Source of the DNA: an uncultured bacterium
Lineage (GTDB): Bacteria > Patescibacteriota > Patescibacteriia > SG8-24 > DYFX01
NCBI GenBank assembly: GCA_937900255.1
Contig: CALCDZ010000003.1
Location: forward strand, 63,149-127,148
Length of the DNA: 64,000 nt
Reading direction: 5' to 3'
In this document: piece after piece, positions 57,863 to 64,000 of the stretch
Layout: every line of letters begins with the position of its first letter
How positions within the stretch are numbered: position 1 is the first letter of the stretch
Made by a program: the position numbers and the translations under genes
Notes under the pieces: model-generated
What the model was told of the DNA's origin: nothing
Databases searched by the model: none
The model's input: only the letters and a program-made list of their open reading frames with translations

Positions 57863-57871
57863 TGCTATACT
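57863..57871 (+). promoter_or_regulatory. TG-extended -10 TGcTATACT, 9 nt upstream of recG ATG (leaderless)
   Basis: Seen in sequence. Confidence 0.45.
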
Positions 57872-57880
57872 GTCGTCCGT

Positions 57881-59908
57881 ATGCAGGTTTCCCCGTTTAC
57901 CCCCATCCCGGACCTGGGCCTCGTGGCCGCCAGGGCGGCCAAAAAGCTCCGCGCCATGGGCATCGTCACGGCCGGCGATCTCTTGCGGCAGCTGCCCTTC
58001 CGCTACGAGGATCTGCGGCAGGCCGCTCCTCTCTCCGGACCTTCGGAAGGGCCGGTGACGGTCCGGGCGCGCATCGACATGATCCGCGCCCGCCGTTCGG
58101 CCAAGCGGAACATGCTGCTGACCGAAGCGACCGTTTCCGACGAGGGCGGGACGGCCAAGGTCGTATGGTTCCGCCAGTCCTATCTCGCGAAGACGCTGAA
58201 ACCCGGAGACCGGGTCCTGCTTTCCGGCAAGATCGAATCGACGCCTTGGGGGCTTGAGATGGTGAATCCCGGCTATGAGAAGGAGGGCGCGGCGGCGCCG
58301 GTCCACACCGGACGCCTGGTCCCGGTCTATTCGGTCTCCGGCGACCTGACCACCAAGCAACTCCGGGCCGTCCTGCACGCGGCCTTGCCGGCCGCCGATC
58401 TGGTCGACGAGTCGCTGCCGCCGTCCCTCTTGGCGGAACACGGCCTGATGCGGATCGGCGATGCGCTCAGGGCCATCCACTTCCCGGAGTCGATGGAGGC
58501 GGCCGAAGCCGCCGACCGCCGCTTCCGCTTCGAGGAACTCTTCCTCTTCCAGCTGCGCGGGGCGTGGGCCCGGCGGACGCTGGAACGGAAGCGGGCGCCG
58601 GCCATCCCGTTCGACGAGGCCGCGACGCGCGCCTTCGTGGCGTCGCTGCCCTTCGCGCTGACGGGGGACCAGAAGCGCGTCGCGTGGCGCATCCTTCAGG
58701 ATCTTGGCGTCGGGCGCCCGATGCAGCGTCTGGTGGAAGGCGATGTCGGCAGCGGCAAGACCGTGGTGGCGGCCCTCGCCATGCATGCCTGCGCGCTCGT
58801 GGGCTACAAGAGCCTGCTCATGGCCCCGACCGAAATCCTGGCCGAACAGCATCACGCGACCGTCTCGAAACTCCTCGCCGGGACGCCTTTCCGCGCCGCC
58901 CTCCGCACCGCTTCGCGCAAGGACGACCATGAAGGCGCCGCCATCGTGGTCGGCACGCACGCCCTGCTGTCCAAGGGGTTCGCGCCCAAGCACGTGGCGC
59001 TCGTGGTCGTCGACGAGCAGCATCGGTTCGGGGTCGGCCAGCGCCAGGAACTGCTCGGACGCCTGCCGAAGACGGCGTCCGGTGAGGTGCCGCACTTCCT
59101 TTCCATGACCGCCACGCCCATCCCGCGTTCGCTCGCCTTGGCGCTCTACGGCGACGTCGATTTCTCCGCGCTCCGCGAGATGCCGGCCGGGCGCCGTCCG
59201 GTCGAGACCATGCTGGTGGGGGAGGGCGGACGCAAGGCGATGCTCATGCATGTCCGTGCCGAGGCCGACGCCGGACGCAAGATCTTCGTGGTCTGCCCTC
59301 TCATCGAGGCCTCCGACGCCCTCGGCGTGAAGTCGGCGGAAGAGGAAGTGGAGCGCTTGCGCGCCGAGCTCCCGGAGCTCGAGATCGGCCTCCTGCACGG
59401 CAAGATGAAGGCGGACGCGAAGCGCGAGACGATGGAACGGTTCGCCAAGGGCCCGCTCTCGATGCTGGTCTCGACCACCGTGATCGAGGTCGGCGTGGAC
59501 GTGCCGCTCGCCACCGTCATGGTCATCGAAGCGGCCGAACGCTTCGGCTTGGCCCAGCTGCATCAGCTGCGCGGCCGGGTGGGGCGTTCCTCTTTGCCGT
59601 CGCGCTGCTATCTGGCGCCTTCGCACGGAGCGCCCCATGTCATGGAGCGCCTGCAAGGCTTCATCCGCGCCAAGGATTGCTTCGAGCTTTCCGAACTCGA
59701 CTTGCGTTTCCGAGGCCCCGGCAGCCTGTTCGGCGAAGACCAATCCGGTTTCGCCGACCTCCAGCGCTTCCGCCCGGGCGATACCGCGCTCATCGAGGAG
59801 ACGAAGCGCACGGTCCAGGCCTTGATGGCGGAGGATCCCGACCTCGAGGCTCATCAGGCTCTCAAAAAGAAAATCTCGGCCGAAGCCGAGAGCGTGCATT
59901 TGGAGTAG
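57881..59908 (+). CDS. recG: ATP-dependent DNA helicase RecG
   Basis: OB wedge domain, Walker A GDVGSGKT, DEQH box (VVDEQHRFGV), helicase motif VI QLRGRVGR. Confidence 0.9.
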   Translation: MQVSPFTPIPDLGLVAARAAKKLRAMGIVTAGDLLRQLPFRYEDLRQAAPLSGPSEGPVTVRARIDMIRARRSAKRNMLLTEATVSDEGGTAKVVWFRQSYLAKTLKPGDRVLLSGKIESTPWGLEMVNPGYEKEGAAAPVHTGRLVPVYSVSGDLTTKQLRAVLHAALPAADLVDESLPPSLLAEHGLMRIGDALRAIHFPESMEAAEAADRRFRFEELFLFQLRGAWARRTLERKRAPAIPFDEAATRAFVASLPFALTGDQKRVAWRILQDLGVGRPMQRLVEGDVGSGKTVVAALAMHACALVGYKSLLMAPTEILAEQHHATVSKLLAGTPFRAALRTASRKDDHEGAAIVVGTHALLSKGFAPKHVALVVVDEQHRFGVGQRQELLGRLPKTASGEVPHFLSMTATPIPRSLALALYGDVDFSALREMPAGRRPVETMLVGEGGRKAMLMHVRAEADAGRKIFVVCPLIEASDALGVKSAEEEVERLRAELPELEIGLLHGKMKADAKRETMERFAKGPLSMLVSTTVIEVGVDVPLATVMVIEAAERFGLAQLHQLRGRVGRSSLPSRCYLAPSHGAPHVMERLQGFIRAKDCFELSELDLRFRGPGSLFGEDQSGFADLQRFRPGDTALIEETKRTVQALMAEDPDLEAHQALKKKISAEAESVHLE

Positions 59909-59948
59909 AGACTCAGACGACGCGCACCCTTCAAAAAACCCCCTCCCG

Positions 59949-61256
59949 TCAAGGGAAGAGTTTCTTGATCGCCTCCTTCAGATGCGGCGTGTTCTTCGGG
60001 GTGATGACGTCCGAGAACTTGAGGCGCTTGGCTTCGGTCTCGCGCTTCTCGACGAACGTGACGGGGCGGAGCTCGCCGCCTAGGCCGACTTCGCCGAAGG
60101 CCGCGAGCGAGGGGGGGAGCGGCTTGCCGGAGAGGGCCGAGACGACCGCCAACACCACGGCGGCATCGGCCGCCGGTTCCTTCACCTTGTAACCGCCGGC
60201 CACGTTGATGTGGATGTCGTGCGTCTGGGTCGGCACGCCCAGCCGTTCGGAGAGCACCGCCAGGAGGACTTGGAGACGGTTGGCGTCGAAGCCGGAGGCG
60301 CGCCGCTGCGGGTAGCCGAAGGTGCTGCGCGAAGCCAGGGCCTGGATCTCGACCAGGATCGGTCGGGTGCCTTCCATGATGCAGGTCACGACCGAACCGG
60401 GGACGTCCTTGGAGCGGTCGTTCAGGAAGAAGGACGAAGGGTTGCTGACTTCCTTCAGTCCGCCCGCGCCCATCTCGAAGACGCCGACCTCGTCGGTGGC
60501 GCCGAAGCGGTTCTTGGCGGTACGGAGCAGCCGGTAGTTGGAGGAGCGGTCGCCTTCGAAGGAGATGACGACGTCGACGAGATGCTCCAGCGTCTTCGGA
60601 CCGGCCACGTCGCCGTCCTTGGTGACTTGCCCCACGATCAGCATCGGCACGCCGCTCTTCTTGGCGTAGTCCATGAGCTGCGCCGTCATGGCGCGGATCT
60701 GGGTGGCCCCGCCCTGGGCTCCGCCGTTTTCGGGGGAGGAGAGCGTCTGGATGGAATCGATGATGGCGAGCGACGGCTTCTCCGCTTCGATGGTGGCGAG
60801 CACGGTCGAAAGGTCGGTCTCGGCCAGGAACTTCAAGGTCGGCGCGGCGAGGCCGAGCCGTCCGAAGCGCAGGGCGACCTGATCGGCCGATTCTTCGCCG
60901 GAAGCGTAGAGCACGTTCGGGATGGCGGAGGCGACTTGGAGCAGCAAGGTGGACTTTCCGATGCCGGGCTCGCCGGAGAGCAGCGCCAAGGATCCGGGGA
61001 CCAGCCCGCCGCCGAGCACGCGGTCGAACTCCGCGATGCCGGTCGGTCGGTGGGCGGTCTTGGAACCTTTCAGTTCAGCGAGCGAGAAGGTCTTGCCGGG
61101 GCGTCCCGAGGCGACGGAGGAGGGTTTCCTGGCCTCCGGCACGGAAGCGGCCTCCGCCACCGTGCCCCAGCCGCCGCATTCCAAACAACGCCCGCTCCAC
61201 TTGGTGGATTGGGCGTCGCATTTGGAGCAGATGAAGACGGCTTTGGCGGCGGTCAT
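59949..61256 (-). CDS. radA: DNA repair protein RadA/Sms
   Basis: N-terminal C4 zinc finger (CSKCDAQ…CLECG), Walker A GEPGIGKST, KNRFG motif, Lon-like C-terminal domain. Confidence 0.9.
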   Translation of the reverse strand: MTAAKAVFICSKCDAQSTKWSGRCLECGGWGTVAEAASVPEARKPSSVASGRPGKTFSLAELKGSKTAHRPTGIAEFDRVLGGGLVPGSLALLSGEPGIGKSTLLLQVASAIPNVLYASGEESADQVALRFGRLGLAAPTLKFLAETDLSTVLATIEAEKPSLAIIDSIQTLSSPENGGAQGGATQIRAMTAQLMDYAKKSGVPMLIVGQVTKDGDVAGPKTLEHLVDVVISFEGDRSSNYRLLRTAKNRFGATDEVGVFEMGAGGLKEVSNPSSFFLNDRSKDVPGSVVTCIMEGTRPILVEIQALASRSTFGYPQRRASGFDANRLQVLLAVLSERLGVPTQTHDIHINVAGGYKVKEPAADAAVVLAVVSALSGKPLPPSLAAFGEVGLGGELRPVTFVEKRETEAKRLKFSDVITPKNTPHLKEAIKKLFP

Positions 61257-61298
61257 GCGGGGAGCGTATCAAGCATGAGGGCGAACGTGTCAATGGGC

Positions 61299-62585
61299 TC
61301 AGCAACCGTGATTCTCGTTGTTGGAATTGCAGCTGTAGGAAGTGGGGAACATGTGGGCATCGCATTCGCCCATGACGCAATAGCAGTTGTTCCAACCGGC
61401 CCAGTTGAAATGCCAGACTTCATAGTTCAATCGGTGCGCTCCGACAGTCGGATTGGTAAGCATCTGTACGAGCAAGCGATTACCGTTTCCTTTGCTGCTG
61501 CAAGATTGGTCTCCGGGGCCGCCACTCAAGATCACGCCGTTTTGCGTCAACGCCAGGTCACAGGCATAGCCTGCAGAATGCGGGTTCGCGCCAGGCCAGG
61601 TCGATCCGGAAGCGACCGGATCGTTGCCGGAAGGCCGCATCATGATCGCGCACTGCGCTCCGAAATCGGCCCGATAGTCGCGCCAGCAGGAATTGACCCG
61701 TATCTGGTATCTCTGCCCGCTGTAGTTATCGTCGATGTATTTTTCCGCCCGTTGGAGGCCGTCGATGACGAGTTGGGTCGCTTTGACGTTCCCTCCTGCG
61801 ACGATGCCGTGGATGCCCGCCCAGGCGATCGGCTTGAGATCGGGCGAATCCGGCGGAAGGATATCGTGCGTACGTTCGATCGGGAAGCCGTCCGTGTTGC
61901 AGTTATTGTTCCATGGGCGAGGCACGGCTGTCCACGCGTTGTTGCTGCCGGGACACGTGCCAGCTCTTTGTTCGGCGGCGGTGCAGTAGACCGTCGTGCA
62001 GCCCGCCGCCCTGCAGTACGGTAGGCAGGTATCGACGCTGTTGCAGACCGCCGTGTGCGCGCCTGTGTCGGCGACCGGTGCAGGCACGGAAGGTGTCCCA
62101 GGCGTCGGTGTCGCCGTGCCGCCGCCCAGCTCGGTGATGTCTCCATAGGTCACGGTCGGCACCCCGGCGAGCTGGAGCGAACTGAAGGTCACCAGGTTCG
62201 GGTTGATGACGTAGAGCAGGAGGTAGGAACCGAACGCCAGCGCCATGCCGGTGAGCGCGTTGATGATGCGCTTCTTGCCGGCCTCGATCTTGGACTTCTC
62301 TCCGGCCGAAGTCAGATATTCGAAACCGCCGACGATCATCATGACGGCGGCGACCAGGCCGACGATCCCGATCATGAAATTGTAGATGCCGCTGATGTAC
62401 TGGCCGAGGAAGGGGATCGAGACGCCTCCGCCCTGGGTGACCGCCGAAGTCAGGTTGACGTTCGGGATCGGGATCTCGAGCTTCGGCGCGGTCAGGGTGA
62501 CCGGCTGCTGGGCCGATGCCGTGAACGGTGCCAGCGCGAGGAGGGCCGTCAGCGCCACGCGCAGCCGCTCATTTCGATGCGGCAT
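61299..62585 (-). CDS. Cys-rich envelope protein: signal peptide + two TM helices (VirB2/TrbC-like topology) + C-terminal LAS/M15-family peptidoglycan peptidase domain
   Basis: Signal LRVALTALLALAPFTASA; helices FMIGIVGLVAAVMMIVGG and ALTGMALAFGSYLLLYVI; zinc-ligand motifs PHSAGYACDL (HxxGxAxD) and YEVWHFNW (ExxH). Confidence 0.55.
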   Translation of the reverse strand: MPHRNERLRVALTALLALAPFTASAQQPVTLTAPKLEIPIPNVNLTSAVTQGGGVSIPFLGQYISGIYNFMIGIVGLVAAVMMIVGGFEYLTSAGEKSKIEAGKKRIINALTGMALAFGSYLLLYVINPNLVTFSSLQLAGVPTVTYGDITELGGGTATPTPGTPSVPAPVADTGAHTAVCNSVDTCLPYCRAAGCTTVYCTAAEQRAGTCPGSNNAWTAVPRPWNNNCNTDGFPIERTHDILPPDSPDLKPIAWAGIHGIVAGGNVKATQLVIDGLQRAEKYIDDNYSGQRYQIRVNSCWRDYRADFGAQCAIMMRPSGNDPVASGSTWPGANPHSAGYACDLALTQNGVILSGGPGDQSCSSKGNGNRLLVQMLTNPTVGAHRLNYEVWHFNWAGWNNCYCVMGECDAHMFPTSYSCNSNNENHGC

Positions 62586-63225
62586 CGACCGCTTGGACGA
62601 GTTCGTCATACGTCATTTCGCCTTCGTGGCGCTTACCGTTGATGAAGAAGGTCGGGAGGCTCTGGATGCCGAGTGCCTGGCCCTCCTCGACCGTGCGGTC
62701 GACGAGCGGCTTGGTATCATGCTTGACGAGGCAGTCCGTGAAGGCGCCGACTTCGAGGGAAAGGTCGCTGGCCGCGAGCGAAAGGGCGGTATCGTCATAG
62801 GTCGCCTGGCGTTCGAGCAGTTGGCGGTGGTACTTCCAGAAGGCGCCCTGCTTGTCGGCGCACATGGCCGCCTCGGCGGCATGTTCCGCACCGGCATGCA
62901 GCGGGCTCGGGTCGTGTTTCCAGACGAACCGGATGTCGTTCGGCCGCTGCGAGAGCAGCTTGTCGACGGCCAGCCCGGTGTCGCGGCAGAAGGGGCAGAG
63001 ATAGTCGCCGAACTCCACGATGACGACTTTGGCGTCCTTCGGACCGATGGATGGGTCCACGAAGGAAACCTGCGGCGCCTCCAAGTGGCGGGCGGGGGCC
63101 GTCTTGCCGGCGTCGTCCCGCGTCGTTGGGCCTTGGGTCGTCCGGATGATCTTCCAATAGAAGGCCAGCACTCCGAAACCGAGAAGGAGCGTGACGATGA
63201 TGAAGAGCGCGCGTTTCCAGGCCAT
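62569..63225 (-). CDS. DsbA-family thiol:disulfide oxidoreductase (membrane-anchored)
   Basis: N-terminal TM, thioredoxin-fold active site CPFC. Confidence 0.8.
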   Translation of the reverse strand: MAWKRALFIIVTLLLGFGVLAFYWKIIRTTQGPTTRDDAGKTAPARHLEAPQVSFVDPSIGPKDAKVVIVEFGDYLCPFCRDTGLAVDKLLSQRPNDIRFVWKHDPSPLHAGAEHAAEAAMCADKQGAFWKYHRQLLERQATYDDTALSLAASDLSLEVGAFTDCLVKHDTKPLVDRTVEEGQALGIQSLPTFFINGKRHEGEMTYDELVQAVDAASK

Positions 63226-63226
63226 A

Positions 63227-64000
63227 TCAGCGGAGGCGCATCTGGCGAAGGTTGCCGCCTGCGTCCGTGAAGTACAAGGAAGAACCGTCGGCGGCGACGG
63301 TCAGGTCGCCGATGGTCATGTCCGTTTCCGGACGTCCGACGATCCGTGAAGAGCCGCTCTTGAGGTCGATGCGCTCGATGTGGTCCGGCGTGGAGGCGGC
63401 GATGTCGCGCTGGAGCCCCGCGCCTCCAGGCAGGCTGTCCGGCACGGCGCAGTAGACCGTCGCGGCGTCGGCGAACGCGCACTTGTCGGCCCAGGTATGG
63501 ACGCCGAGATTAACGCGCCCGGAACCGACCGCGTCGCCGTTCGCGCCCACGAACCAGAGCGTCGGGAGGTAGCCGTCGCGCTGCGATGCGGCGCTGTAAA
63601 GGATGTGGACGTCATCGGGAGACCACAGCGGAGTGAAGCCGAATCCTTCGATCCGCAGGGCCTTGTAGTTTTCGCCGTTCTGCCCAATCGGCAGGAGGTC
63701 GCGCGTGTCGAAGCCGACCGGCTGCGCGGTGTCGGAAAACGCCACGACCGCGTTGTCCGGAGAGACGCTGACGGTCACCTTGTCGCCGTTCTCTCCGAGC
63801 GGTTCGAGGAGCTTCGTGCCGGAACCGTCTGCCGCCATCGAGACCAGCCAGCGGTTGTCGGGATCGAGCGCTTCCGATTTGGCGATGACGGCCGAACCGT
63901 CGCCGTTGAAGGTCGGGTCGGTCCAATGGCTCGGAACCGTCAGCTGCCTCTGCCGGGTGAAATCGTAAAGGACCTTCGAAGCGTCCGGAAACGTGATCAC
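63227..64000 (-). CDS. TolB-like beta-propeller repeat protein (5' end beyond window)
   Basis: Repetitive …DGS…WSPDG…-type propeller blades; ORF open at window edge; stop abuts dsbA start. Confidence 0.55.
   Translation of the reverse strand: MITFPDASKVLYDFTRQRQLTVPSHWTDPTFNGDGSAVIAKSEALDPDNRWLVSMAADGSGTKLLEPLGENGDKVTVSVSPDNAVVAFSDTAQPVGFDTRDLLPIGQNGENYKALRIEGFGFTPLWSPDDVHILYSAASQRDGYLPTLWFVGANGDAVGSGRVNLGVHTWADKCAFADAATVYCAVPDSLPGGAGLQRDIAASTPDHIERIDLKSGSSRIVGRPETDMTIGDLTVAADGSSLYFTDAGGNLRQMRLR

Noticed and set aside
59909-59948. Possible terminator between convergent recG and radA
   Set aside because: No convincing stem-loop plus T-tract could be folded by eye in the 40-nt gap.

Overview
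This window reads as the chromosome of a high-GC (about 65-68%) bacterium with a streamlined gene set. A Patescibacteria/CPR-like or other monoderm lineage is one inference from gene content, but it cannot be proven from sequence alone.

The housekeeping backbone is:
- aminoacyl-tRNA synthetases: valS (5' truncated at the window edge), tyrS and argS;
- a sensor histidine kinase, a bactofilin, yraN, nusA and yidC;
- a CIRCE-regulated groES-groEL operon;
- prfB with its conserved +1 programmed frameshift site;
- an epimerase, tsaC, an MFS transporter, rsmA, recG and radA.

It is interrupted by many small secreted, lipoprotein and membrane proteins. Five tRNA genes are present: Leu-GAG, Val-TAC, Ser-TGA, Ser-GCT and Arg-GCG. 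Most are flanked by recognisable sigma70-like promoters and intrinsic terminators.

The standout region is 32.6-50.4 kb. A co-directional, tightly packed cluster encodes:
- a Ca-binding-motif membrane protein;
- a 2999-aa Cys-rich secreted giant protein with CBM4/9-like modules;
- a TrbL/VirB6-like polytopic protein with a long C-terminal extension;
- a 602-aa hypothetical protein;
- a PrgI/VirB3-like protein;
- a VirB4 ATPase split into two ORFs;
- a bitopic protein with a possible NTF2-like fold, then ComF.

This is a minimal Gram-positive-type T4SS-like machine with no relaxase or coupling protein. It may be a surface-attachment or DNA-uptake system.

Other notable points:
- a VirB2-like/M15 peptidoglycan peptidase, DsbA and a TolB-like protein lie together at the 3' end;
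- a low-GC island sits immediately downstream of tRNA-Ser;
- there is a lipoprotein with 7 tandem 4-Cys repeats;
- several TG-extended -10 promoters lie 6-9 nt from start codons (leaderless mRNAs);
- a terminator-like hairpin sits in the nusA leader.

Motif coordinates read directly from the sequence may be off by 1-2 nt. ORF-anchored coordinates are exact.
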